NCBI RefSeq assembly: GCF_004010195.1
Contig: NC_057740.1
Span: 40,193,640-40,257,639 of the forward strand
DNA length: 64,000 nt
Origin: Chiloscyllium plagiosum
Lineage: Eukaryota
Direction of reading: 5' to 3'
Both the position numbers and the translations under genes were made by a program. The notes below the pieces were generated by a model. That model was not told the origin of the DNA. It saw only the letters and a program-made list of their open reading frames with translations, and searched no databases. This document shows, piece by piece, positions 52,010 to 64,000 of this stretch (position 1 is the first letter of the stretch; each line of letters opens with the position of its first letter).

Positions 52010-54460
52010 TATGTTTTGGATCATGGGGGAGAGCAGCCGAAGTCGTGGCCCACGTAGGCACCAACGATGTAGGTAGGAAATGGGCTGGGGATTTAAGACA
52101 GAACTTCAGGGAACTAGAGTGGAAGTTTAGTCAAAGAACAAACAAACTTGTTATCTCTGGTTTGTTGCCTGTGCCATATGCTAGTGTGGCGATGAATAGA
52201 GAGCAGTTGAACACGTGGCTACAGGGATGGTGCAGGAGGGAAGGTTTCTGATACCTGCATAATTAGGGCTCATTCCGGTGTAGGTGAGGTTTCTACAAAC
52301 AGGATGGTCTCCACCTGAACCAGAGGAGTACCAATATCCTGTGGGGGAGATTTGCTAATGCTCTTCGGGAGGGTTTAAACTCATTCAGCAGTTGGATGGG
52401 GAACTTAAATTGTAGTTCCACTGTCTGGGAGGTTTAGAGTTGTGAGGTCAGAAGTGAGGTTTCGAGGTTGCAAGAGTTCACTGGCAAGCAGCATGGTGGT
52501 TTGAAGTGTGTTTACTTCAAGGGCAGGAGCATCTGGAATAAGGTGGGTTGATCTTGCAGCATGGGTTGGTACCTGGGATTTCAGCATTGTGGCCATTTCG
52601 GTGACATGGATAGAACAGGGACAGGAATGTTTGTTGCAGGTTCTGGGGTTTAGATGGTTTAGTAAGAACAGAGAAGATGGTAAAGTGGTGGTGGGGGAAC
52701 GTAGGTTGGCATTGTTAGTCAAGAACAGTCTTACCGTGGCAGAAAGGACATTTGAGGACTCTCCTACTGAGGTATTATGGGCTGAGGTTAGAAACAGGAA
52801 AGGAGAGGTCACCCTGTTGGGAGTTTTCTCTAGGCCTCTGAATAGTTCCAGAGAAGTAGAGGAAAGGATTCTCGATAGGAGCAGGAGTAACAGGGTAGTT
52901 ATTATGGGGGACTTTAACTTTCCAAATACTGACTGGAAATACTATAGTTTGAGTACTTTAGATGGGTCAGTTTTTATCCAATGTGGGCTGGATGGTTTCC
53001 TGACACAGTATGTAGACAAGCCAAAAAGCTACATTAGATTTAGTACTGGGTAATGAACCTGGCCAGGCATAAGATTGGAGGTAGGTGAGTACTTTGGTAA
53101 TAGTGACCACAATTCGGTTATGTTTACCTTAGCAATGGAAAAGGATACATTTATACCACAGTGCAAGAGTTATTGCTGGGGGAAAGGCAATTATGATGCG
53201 ATTAGGCAAGATTTAGGATGCATAGGATGGGGAAGGAAACTGCAGGCGATGGGTGCAATTGAAACATGGAGCTTATTCAAGGAACTGCTGCTGCGTTGAT
53301 AAGTATGTACCTGTTCAGACAGGGAGGAAGTGGTTGAGTGAGGGAGACGTGGTTTACCTCAGAAGTTGAATCTCTTGTCAAGAGGAAGGAGGTGGCTTAT
53401 GTTAAGATGAGACATGAAGTTGGGGTGCTTGAGAGTTACAAGTTAGCTAGGAAAGACCTAAAGAGAGAGCTATGAAGAACCAGGAGGGTATATGAGAAGT
53501 TGTTGGCAGATAGGATCAAGGAGACCCCCAAAGCTTTCTACAGGTATATCAAGAATAAAGAATGACTAGAGAAAGATTAGGGCCAATCAAGGATAACAGT
53601 GGGAAGTCGTGTGTGGAGTCCGAGGAGATAGGAAAAGCGCTAATTGAATTTTTTTTTTGTCCATATTCACATTGGAAAAAGACAATGTTGTTGAGGAGAA
53701 TACTGAGATACAGGCTACCACACTGTACAGGATTGAGATTCACAACGAGGAGGTGTTAGCAATTCCGCAAAGTGTGAAAATAGTTAAGTCCCCTGGGCTG
53801 CATGGGATTTATCCTAGGATTCTCTGGGAAGCCAGGGAGGAGATTGCAGAGCTTTTGGCTTTGATCTTTGTTGTCATTGTCTACAGGAATAGTGCCAGAA
53901 ATCTGGGAGGATAGCAAATGTTGTTCCCTCGTTCAAGAAGGGGAGTAGAGACAGCCCTGGTAATTATAGACCTGCGTGCCTTACTTCAGTTGTGGTTAAA
54001 GTGTCTGAAAAGGTTATAAGAGATAGAAATTTTCATCATCTAGAGAGGAATAAGTTGATTAGGGATAGTCAACATGGTTTTGTGAAGGGTAGGTTGTGCC
54101 TCCCAAACCTTATTGAGTCCTTTGAGAAGGTGACCAAATGGGTGGAAAAGGGTAAAGCTGTTGATGCGGTGTATATGGATTTCAGTAAGGCGTTTGATAA
54201 GGTTCCCCACGGTAGGCTATTGCACAAAATACGGAGGCCTGGGCTTAAGGTTGATTTAGTGGTTAGGATCAGAAATTGGCTAGCTGAAAGAAGACAGGGT
54301 GGTGGTTGATGGGAAATATTCATCCTGGAGTTCAGTTACGAGTGGTGTACCGCAAGGATCTGTTTTGGTCCACTGTTGTTTGTCATTTTTAGTTTGGGAT
54401 TATGTTCAGCAGAGATTGGTTAGACAAAAAGCTCTGTTTCTGTGCTGTATGATTCTATGT
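52010..54460 (+). mobile_element. Second CR1 subfamily (ORF1 esterase, endonuclease, RT up to PQGSVL), decayed; jumps to a CR1 3' tail at about 54390
   Basis: VVAHVGTNDVGR and QDGLHLN (SGNH blocks), IMGDFNFP, SDHNSV, QHGFVKGR, DFSKAFDKVPH and GVPQGSVL, with many stops and frameshifts. Confidence 0.93.
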
Positions 54461-55379
54461 GCAAAGCATGCCCTGGGCAACTTTGATGTGATCTGTGTGT
54501 GTGTGTGTCATTGCTTGAATATGTGCATATGTTAGATTGTCATCTATATTTTGGAATATAACTTATTTAAGATTTGTGTCTGTGTCAGATTTGTCTCCTT
54601 CTGACTATGCCTGTTGTCTTTCAGACAAATGGCTATTCAAGAATCAGGATAAGTACTGAGGTCTAGCAAATCTTCTGCATTGAGAAACAGGCGCTATTTC
54701 AATCCTGACCTTGTCTGAAACCAGTTGTAGGCAGCCCTACCATCACACCCCTCCCATAATCAGCATAATCCAAGGCTTGCTCATTGATAATGGATTCACT
54801 GTCTGAGCCTTCATAACAGTCTATAGAGAGTTTTAAGCTACGGGACAAGATGTGAATGAAGGAAATTATTCTTTTTCCACTCTCATGATAGAATAACATC
54901 TTTCCAACCAGTTGAATAAATCTAGCTCTGCATATGCCACAAACTGAACAAGTATTTAACAATGTTTGGATTTACTACTTTTGCCTTGTCTCTTTCAGCT
55001 GAATAGGTATACCTCTCCTGAATCAGAACATTGTGGGCTTAAAGACTTGAGTTCAAAATCTAGGTTCATGCTCAAAGTCTTGTACATCAGAGGTGCCTTT
55101 TTTCATATGAGGCAATGGCCTAGTGGTATTATCGTTGGACTGTTAATACAGACTGTTATAGGTCATACCAAACTACCTCAAAACATATTAAGATAGTCTA
55201 GACCCTAACATTTTCTTGTTGTAAAGGTAAGTTTAAGGCGTTGTGCTCCAGATGCAATTTGATTGGTCAAACTATCAGGCATGAAACAAAACACACTTTA
55301 TTCAGATATTATAATTAAAATACAAACAAAATGAAATTAAAAGAATTAACTAATTCTATCAAAATGCTTAAGATTGTAA

Positions 55380-56012
55380 GACATAGCAGAAATTAGGCCA
55401 TTCACCCCATTGAGTCTGCTTCGCAATTGAGTCAAGGCTGATAAATTTCTCAACCCCATTCTCTCACTTTCTCCCCATATCCCTTAATCCCCTTGACAAT
55501 GAAGAACCAATCTATCTTCGTCTTAAAATATACTCAATGACCTGGCCTCCACAGCCTTCTGTAGCAATGAATTCCATAGATTCCCCACTCTCTGGCTAAG
55601 GAATTTACTCCTTATTTCCATTCAAAAAGGTCTTCCCTTTACTCTGAGGCTGTGTCCTCGGGCCCTAATCTCTCCTACCAATGGAAACATCTTCCCAACA
55701 TCCACTCTGTCCGAGCCACTCAGTATTCTGTATGTTTCAATTAGATCCCCCCCCCCCCATCCTTCTAAACTCCATTGGGTATAGTCCCCAGAGTCCTCAA
55801 ATATTCCTGATGTGTTAAGCTTTTCAGTCCTGGGACCATTCTCGTGAAACTCCTCTGAATCCACATCCTTCCTGACATATGGGGCCCAAACCTGTGCATA
55901 GAACTTCAAACGTGGTCTGACCAGAATCTTATAGAGCTTCAGAAGTACATCCCTGCTTTTATATTCAAGTCCTCTTAAAATAAATGCCAAAATTGCATTT
56001 GCCTTCCTAACA
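55380..56012 (-). mobile_element. CR1 3' fragment
   Basis: VRKANAILAFILRGLEYKSRDVLLKLYKILVRPRL. Confidence 0.9.
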
Positions 56013-56247
56013 AAAAGCAAAAAAATACACATATTAACTGCTACTAATTAACTGTTCCAATAAAGTAACGTCCCATAAACTCAACCTTGGCAAAGGCAAA
56101 TTCAGTAGAATAGATTTTCTGACTTGCAATTCTCACATCAGGAAGAGAACCCCAGCTTTTAGCTATAACAGAGAGAGGAATAAGAGCTTCCACATCCCAG
56201 TTTCAAGATCCCTGCAACTGCTGCTCAAGGCTAAAACTAAAAAAAAA

Positions 56248-56747
56248 NNNNNNNNNNNNNNNNNNNNNNNNNNNNNNNNNNNNNNNNNNNNNNNNNNNNN
56301 NNNNNNNNNNNNNNNNNNNNNNNNNNNNNNNNNNNNNNNNNNNNNNNNNNNNNNNNNNNNNNNNNNNNNNNNNNNNNNNNNNNNNNNNNNNNNNNNNNNN
56401 NNNNNNNNNNNNNNNNNNNNNNNNNNNNNNNNNNNNNNNNNNNNNNNNNNNNNNNNNNNNNNNNNNNNNNNNNNNNNNNNNNNNNNNNNNNNNNNNNNNN
56501 NNNNNNNNNNNNNNNNNNNNNNNNNNNNNNNNNNNNNNNNNNNNNNNNNNNNNNNNNNNNNNNNNNNNNNNNNNNNNNNNNNNNNNNNNNNNNNNNNNNN
56601 NNNNNNNNNNNNNNNNNNNNNNNNNNNNNNNNNNNNNNNNNNNNNNNNNNNNNNNNNNNNNNNNNNNNNNNNNNNNNNNNNNNNNNNNNNNNNNNNNNNN
56701 NNNNNNNNNNNNNNNNNNNNNNNNNNNNNNNNNNNNNNNNNNNNNNN
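56248..56747. other. Assembly gap
   Basis: Run of N. Confidence 1.
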
Positions 56748-57550
56748 TGCTTGTTATACTTCTTTAACATTTCTCCGATTCTCCTTAAATGGCAGTAAAC
56801 AACATGCATTATCAATACTACACTCTGACCACCAGTACTGTACCCTAGTGCTACAACTATACCACCATATATGTGTATCTATTTAGATATATGTACATAC
56901 AATTAAAAAGGAAACTAATCAGTGTTATGGGCCAGCTTTGTTTGTATGAAATTGGATACAGCAGAATTAAATGTTGGTTACTAAATCATAAGGTGTGGTG
57001 CTTGATTACGTTTAAATCTGTGTGCTTAATTAGCTGACTACACTAAAAGCAGCACAATTGTGAATTATCAATTTGTCTGCTTTCTTGTGTGCATTTTAAA
57101 CACCCTCATGGGACTGTTCAAAGAGAACATGTTGGGGTAAGCATTTACACGTTGACTAGATTGTGTTCGGGATGACTGTACTTACGTTGATCAGGTTGTG
57201 TTCGGGAAGACTACAGGCCTCTATGTGGTCATTGAGAAGCTGTTGAGAAAAATTCTGATGCATCTGAGCTGCTTCATGAGCTTCTATACTGTTCCCGCAA
57301 GCTTTGTTCAGATCTAAGAGGAGGATAACAACACTTAAGAAAAGGTATTGATGGACAACAGTGCTGCTTAGCCAAAAGGAGCAGCTACTATTCATTATTA
57401 AATTAAGGAAATGGTGTAACTTAGGGCACCTTTCTCCCAACTTTCTACAGCACTTTAGAGGAGCTCAAGAGACCCTGCACAGGTAGAGGAGAAGTTACAG
57501 AATTAATTTTATTAATTGGAGATGTTCAAATTGTTAACTCAGGTTAAAAA

Positions 57551-57750
57551 AAGTGCTGGAGAAACTCAGCAGGTCTGGTGGAGGCTGTGGAGAGAGAAAC
57601 AAAGGTAATATTTCAATTCAAATGTGTCTTCTTTTCAGAACTGGTTCTGGTTTCAAATTGACCTGAAACATTTACTTTCTCTCTCCACTGACGCAGCCAG
57701 ACCTGCTGAGTTTCTCACACTTTGTTTTCATTTTAGATCACCAGCATTCA
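57551..57750. mobile_element. Palindromic (hairpin) Penelope-derived short element
   Basis: gagaaactcagcaggtctgg...gtggagagagaaa is inverted against tttctctctccac...ccagacctgctgagtttctc. Confidence 0.75.
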
Positions 57751-58324
57751 CAATATTTTACTTCTAACTAGATAGTTTGACCATATTCCTCTCGTTTAAT
57801 TAGCAAAAAAGTCATTAATCAGATGACACAAAACCAATTATTGTCAAAACAACTAGACAGGTGATGAGGAGATTTGTTTTTCTTTACATACAGCAGGTTA
57901 TGATGATCTGAGATACACTGCCTGACAGGGTGATGGAAACAGGTTCAATAGTAACTTTTGAAAGAGAATTAGATAAATAACTCAAAAGAAAAACAAACGC
58001 AGGGCTATGATGACAGTGGCTCTCTCTTTGAAAGAGCGGAGTCAGATATGATGAGCTGAATGGCTATCTCCTTGCTGCATGTTCTGTGTACCTTCAGTAG
58101 CAAGGCCTTGGATTAAAACGTCATTGAAAGAATACTGACCTGAACAGTACGAAACACTTGGTATTACACTGGCATAATTAGCCAAGGATACAATCTCAAG
58201 TTTAAGAATGGGGCCTGATCTCATAACATTTGAAGTCAAAGGCAAGTATTTCATCAGTGAAGCTGAGCTAACACTCTGACTTCTTTTACCACAGGCATGG
58301 TCAAAGAAATTCATTTTCAATTTT

Positions 58325-58680
58325 TTCTTTATTCATTTACAGGATAAGGGCATTGCTGGCTAGGCAGCATTTATTGCCCATCCCTAATTGTCAAGAGAAC
58401 AGTTAAGAGTCAACCACATTGCTATGACTTAGGAGTTACATGTAGGCCAGACCAGTTAAGGATGGCAGTTTCCTTCCCGAAAGGACATTAGTGAACCAAT
58501 TGGGATTTTTTTGACAATTGATGATTAATTCATGGTCATATTTAGATTCTGAATTTCAAGATATTTATTCAATTCAAACCCCACCATTTGCTGTGGCAGG
58601 ACTCAAACCCAGGTCCCCAGAACATTATCTGGGTCTCTGAATTAACAATCCAGTGCTAATACCACTAGATGACTGCCTCA
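58325..58680 (-). mobile_element. SacSINE1/DeuSINE-like SINE, near full length
   Basis: Reverse complement of the family seen at 16218 and 5930, including the tRNA-like head. Confidence 0.8.
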
Positions 58681-60124
58681 TCAAATTCAGGGAGTAAAGT
58701 GGCAGCGTTGAGGGGGCTCTAAACTTCAGCTGCCTGGACCTTAAACTCAGGAATTCCCTTTCCTCTCATTTCCTTAAGGTGCTCCTCAAAACAAACCACT
58801 TTGGTCACAATTTTGATGAGTTCTCTTGTAAAATCACACCTCTATGAAATGTTTTGGCAAGTCTTACATCATTAAAGACGCTACACAAATGTATGCTGTC
58901 ATTGAGTGACAGCTGACATCGGTGTCTCCTTATACTGGGGGACAGAAGAGCAGTCAGGAGGCGAAAGGTTGCTGCTGGGATTGAAGGTCAAACCAAATTG
59001 CTAGGATTGGAAAGAGAAGGCATAAATCTTGAAAATCAAAGCACAGGATGAAGGTGGATTGGAAACCAGCGAGGGACAGGGAGAACAAGAGGGGACAAGA
59101 CTGTGTGGGATTTAAAAAGAAATTTGAGTGAATTTTTCCGATCATCCTGAACGAAAGTCAAGAGCAGAAGCAGTGCATGTTCTAGCAGAAATGCAGAGTC
59201 ATATGTGAATGAGATCACCAAAGGCAAAGCTTTAGTTTTTGGTGACAGTAGAGGAGTAGTTCCACTGAAGTGGATTGGAAGCTCTCAGCCTATTGCCACA
59301 CTTATGATTTCCACTGAATTCTGTTCATTGATATTTTTCTTCTCATTTCAACAAGTCTAAACAACTTTGGTAATGAATTTTGTCTCACCAACAATGTTTT
59401 GCGGAAGTGTTTAACTTTTTTTCTTGTGAAAATGGCTATTGCATTGTAAAGAGCTGGACATATTCCCAGTAACACTTGTATTCCAGAGTCAGACAGCGCA
59501 GCCCAGTCCATTCGTCAGCCAACTGAGATGAATATAACCAAAGACATATTACATCTAGTGGAACATGCTGGGAACCACCCTTCAAGGAAACATGACTGGA
59601 GAAGCATCATAGATCAGATTAAAAGGAAGACCTGCATTTATTTCACACCTTTCATAATCTCAAGATGTCATATAGTACTTTACATCTTTTGAAGGATAAC
59701 CACTGATGTAATGCAGGAAACATGGAAACTAATTAGTGAACGGCATTGTGATAATGACAACAGCAATCTTTTGTGATGATAGTTGAAGGATAAACATCTC
59801 ATTCAGAGGCAAGAGTGCTACCAAGTGAGTCACAGCTCCACCTGCAGGTACAGGATACTAAGGATGACTTGCATTCGAGCTGAAACAAGTGCAGCAGATT
59901 CCAAGTTTGATGACCAACCTGTTGCCAATTCAACAATCTCAGACATTGTGAGACTGAACGTGACTAAGTGTCTGCATGCCCAGCACACCCAGGTTGGATA
60001 ACGTCAGGATCCCAGTACCTGCTCATTATTTGGAACAATGAACATAAAATGGAATGTTTCCTTAAAATTAATAATCAGACATTAACTGACAGGCAACTCA
60101 TCAACTGCTCTCCAATAAAAGCCA

Positions 60125-60290
60125 TGATGTGGAGGTGCTAGTGTTGGACTGGGGTGGACAGTCATAAGTCACACGACACCAAGTTATAGTCCAGTAAGTT
60201 TATTTGAAATCACAAGCTGTTGGAGTGCTGCTCCTTCATCAGGTGAAGTTCATCTGACAACTGGTATCATGTGACTTCTGACTTTCTCCA
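60125..60290 (-). mobile_element. Short Penelope-derived element with a hammerhead-like motif
   Basis: Same family as 32192-32325. Minus strand TCAC-CTGATGA-A-GGAG-CAGCA-CTCC-AACA-GCTT-GTGA at 60210-60246. Confidence 0.7.
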
Positions 60291-60579
60291 ATAAAAGGGC
60301 TTGGAAATAATTTTTTCCTGGTCTTTGAAGCAAATATATCTTCATGTTGGTTGACATCTGAACAAGCAACTTTGCTGCCCTTCAACGAGTTAAATATTTC
60401 AGTGTTATGTACTGGTCTAACCTTGAACATAGTTAATCCCCAACAACTCAATGCAGCACTACAGTTTATAATTCTTGACAAGAGATCATTGACTACAAAC
60501 TCTAATTGAGCCTTTCTCCACAGATTCTACGAGGCCTGAATATTTCCAACATTCTTTTTACTTCAGATGTTCAGATTTT

Positions 60580-61125
60580 ACATTGTGTTCAAATCTACTC
60601 GCCATATTACAGGAAGGATGTGGAGGTTTTCGAGAGTGCAGAAGACATTCACTAGGGTGCTGCCAGGATTAGAGGGTATGAGCTAGATAGAGAGGCTAGA
60701 AAAACTGCGTTTTCTCTGGTGGCGGAGGCTGAGGGGAGACTTGATAAAAGTCTATTAAATTATGAGATGCATTGAAGGGTTGATGGCCAGAATTTTTTTC
60801 AGAGAGTTTAAATGTCTAAAACTAGGGAGCAAGCATTAAAGGTGAGATGGGGGGGAAAGTTCAAAGGAGATGTGAGGGGCAAGTTTTTTTTTGATTCAAA
60901 GAAAGTGGTAAGAGTCTGAAAGGCACTGCCAGGGGTAGTGCTGGAGGCAGATATGAGACGGGCATTTCAGAAACTTTTAGACAAGCACATGAAAATAGAA
61001 GAAATGAAGGGATATGGACCAAGGGTAGGAGAAGTGATTAGTTTCATTTGGTGCCATGTTCAGCACAATATTGTGGGTTGGAGGACCTGTTCCTGTGTTG
61101 TATTGTTTTACATTTTATGTTCAAT
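60580..61125 (+). mobile_element. CR1 3' fragment
   Basis: YRKDVEV...RRLRGDLIKVY, followed by the CR1 3' UTR. Confidence 0.85.
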
Positions 61126-61149
61126 GTCTGCAGCATTTTAAGACCATTA

Positions 61150-61770
61150 AAACCATAAGACATAGGAGCGGAAGCAAGGCCATTCGGCCCATCGAGTCCA
61201 CTCCACCATTCAATCATGGCGGATGGGCATTTCAACTCCACTTACCCGCATTCTCCCCGTAGCCCTAATTCCTTGTGACATCAAGAATTTATCAATTTCT
61301 GCCCTGAAGACATTTAGCGTCCCAGCCTCCACTGCACTCTGTGGCAATGAATTCCACAGGCCCACCACTCTCTGGCTGAAGAAATGCCTCCGCATTTCTG
61401 TTCCGAATTTACCCCCTCTAATTCTAAGGCTGTGCCACGGGTCCTAGTCTCCTATATTGAAGTTGTATGAGTAAAATCTTTGCAGATGCCATCAAGTAAG
61501 AAGGCAGCCTGAATTATAAAGTCTCAGTAGCACAACGGAGCTTTTATATTCCAACCCTCTTGAGATAAATGACCACATTGCATTCGCTTTCTTAATCACG
61601 GACTCAACCTGCATGTTTACCTTTAGAGAATCCTCAACTAGCACTCCCAGATCCCTCTGTACTTTGGCTTTACGAATTTTTTCACCGTTTAGAAAGTAGT
61701 CCATGCTTGTATTCTTTTTTCCAAAGTGCAAGACCTCGCATTTGCTCACATTGAATTCCATCAGCCATTT
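61150..61770 (-). mobile_element. CR1 fragments
   Basis: MEFNVSKCEVLHFGKKN...QRDLGVLV and HFFSQRVVGLWNSLPQ. Confidence 0.88.
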
Positions 61771-61909
61771 TGCTTTTTATTTTACAGTTTACTGCAGAAT
61801 TCCTTCCCCATACTTCCCCACTTCTTGTAAGACTCCCTCGAACATCTCTAACCAATCTTTTGGCCATCTGCCCCATTAGTAGCTCACTGTCAAATTTTAT
61901 ATTGGATAT

Positions 61910-62700
61910 ATGTCACAGAAACAGGCCATTTGGCCCAAATACCCCACGTCAGTATTTATGGTTCAGTAATGCCTCCTCTCATTCTTTCTCATCTAAATGT
62001 ACTGTGGTGACCTCTTTTTTTCTTCTTCCTTAAATACTTTGACTAGTTACCCATTAAATGCATTCAATATTATTCACTCCATCTCTTGCCTATGCTAGCA
62101 AGTCCCCTATTCGCATAACTCTTTGGGTAAATAAATTTCTTTTCAATTCTCTACTGGATTTTTTTTTTAATGACTATTTTATATCGACAGCCTTTAGTTA
62201 TGCTCTTTCCTGTTAGAGGAAGCATTTTTTTGCCATTTTCTCTATTAAAACCTTCAATAATTTGAAAGGCTTTTATTAGGTTACCCTTCACCCTTTTCTC
62301 TCCCCCACCTCCAAGGAAAACAGCTTGTCAATCCTTTCTTGGTAAGTATACCTAAGCAATTCTTGAATCATGCTTCTGAATGTTCTCTACACCATCGCCA
62401 GTTCTTCTATATTCTTTTCTTATGGCAAGGATAATTACACCCAGTACTGTAAATGTGGTATAACGAAGCTTCAATACAAAGTTAGTATTTCCTTCATCTC
62501 TACTTTTCAATTCTATAAACCTAGAAATACTCTCTTTACATTATTTTTAAATGGCCTTGCTAGCCGGTGATAAAACATTTTATGATTGCTGTTTGCGATT
62601 ACACTCCTAGATCCCTTTGTTCCTCTACCTCACCCAAACTCAAATCTACCAAATAATAAGTAACCTTCCCACTAAGGTGCATAAATTTACATTTCTCTAT
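61910..62700 (-). mobile_element. Old CR1 3' fragment
   Basis: Degenerate similarity (acagaaacaggccatttggccca tail). Confidence 0.55.
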
Positions 62701-63274
62701 TTTGCTTTATAATACTGCCGTGACATACTTTTAGACATTTTACGCGAAAGGAGCCATATAAATGCAATTACGTTGTTTTCCTTATGTTTTTGAATCAGTT
62801 CATGGCTGTCACTTGCACATCATTGCCATGCACCACTGGGTGGCATGGATGCTAACTACGGCTGATTACTGACACCAGGAGGTAGGTGGGAGGACTGCAC
62901 ATACTGGTAAAACAAACATTTACAATTTGGAGGGTCTGAAACTTTTTAGAGAATCAGAAAACCAAAAGAAAAACTCCATCTCCCACACTAAAGATCCAAC
63001 ATTTGGGGGAGGTACACTTCTACGAACCACTCCCAGTAGCACACCAGTGACCATACAGTGAGAATCAGCTGGCTATTTGCTTGTGGGGACATCACTATCA
63101 AGCACAAGTGTGCATTCATCTGTCAGACATTCAAGAATGCAACTTTTCTACTTATTAGAGTTTTGTATGTAGTAAATTTCCTCAGAGGAAAAATAATCTC
63201 TTTCATAACAAAGTAACGTGTTTTTTCTAGTTCCTGGGTCATCATAGTGTTACTATCACTCAACCTCTCCGAGG

Positions 63275-64000
63275 AAGATATATAATGTAGGGAAATGGAT
63301 GGTGACATCTTGAAAATTATTCAAATTACAGAGGAGGAAGTGCGCGATGTCTTGAAATGCATAAAGGTGGATACATCCCCAGGAGCTGATCAGGTGCACC
63401 CAGAATTCTGTGGGAAGCTAGGCAAGTGATTGCTGGGCCCCTTGCTGAGATAATTGTATCATCGATAATCACAGGTGAGGTGCCAGAAGACTTGAGGTTG
63501 GCTAACGTGATGCCACTATTTAAAAAAGGTGGTATAGACAAGCCAGAGAATTATAGACCGGTGAGTCGGATGTCAGTGGTGGGCAAGCTGTTGGAAGGAA
63601 TTCTGAGGGGCATGGATAGGATAAATAGACAAGGTCTTTTCCCTGGGGTGGGGGAAGTCCAGGATTAGAGGGCATAGGTTTAGGGTGAGAGGGGAAAGAT
63701 ATAAAAGAGACCTCAGGGGCAACTTTTTGATGCAGAGGGTGGTACGTGTGTGGAATGAGCTGCCAGAGGATGTGGTGGACGCTGGTACAATTGCAACATT
63801 TAACAGGCATTTGGATGGGTATAAGAATAGGAAGAGTTTGGAAGAATATGGGCCGGGTGCTGGCAGGTGGGACTAGATTGGGTTGGACCGAAGGGTCTGT
63901 TTCCATGCTGTACATCTCTATGACTGGATGTACATATATTTAGAAAGGCAAGGACTAATTAGGGATAGTCAACATGGCTTTGTGCATGGGAAATAATACC
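63275..64000 (+). mobile_element. CR1 RT fragment containing a same-family, same-orientation 3'-end insert (63610-63925); runs off the window
   Basis: EVPEDLRLANVMPLFKKG...NYRPVS...GKLLEGIL, then the 3' UTR and tail, then RT sequence resumes at 63926. Confidence 0.9.

Noticed and set aside
56237-56815. 192-aa ORF
   Set aside because: Spans the second N gap.
59360-59450. NEFC-encoding stretch as a possible next ARMC6 exon
   Set aside because: The flanking residues do not resemble ARMC6 and no compatible splice sites were seen.

Overview
Vertebrate (not prokaryotic) genomic DNA. The repeat content (CR1 LINEs, HE1/V-SINE-like and SacSINE1-like SINEs, Penelope-like elements, a 44-bp minisatellite) points to a cartilaginous fish, probably a shark (inference). 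Gene order: the last four coding exons and long 3' UTR of GATAD2A (+, coding 1166-8813), then two intact, intronless 270-aa TSSK6-like testis kinases in tandem (-, 26197-27009 and 37920-38732), then the 5' part of ARMC6 (+, coding from 45356; later exons not found in the window). Two N-gaps (19789-20778, 56248-56747). No CRISPR array and no prokaryotic system. The most interesting signals are: (1) the TSSK6 tandem pair, about 73% identical in protein, whose copies share a TATA box, a 30-nt 5' block, a distal DR1 element and an identically spaced ATTAAA 3' end; (2) minimal hammerhead-ribozyme motifs in at least three distinct Penelope-related repeat families; (3) several nested or self-nested retroelement insertions. 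All gene and repeat identifications come from manual translation and recalled sequence motifs; no database search was run, and repeat boundaries are approximate.
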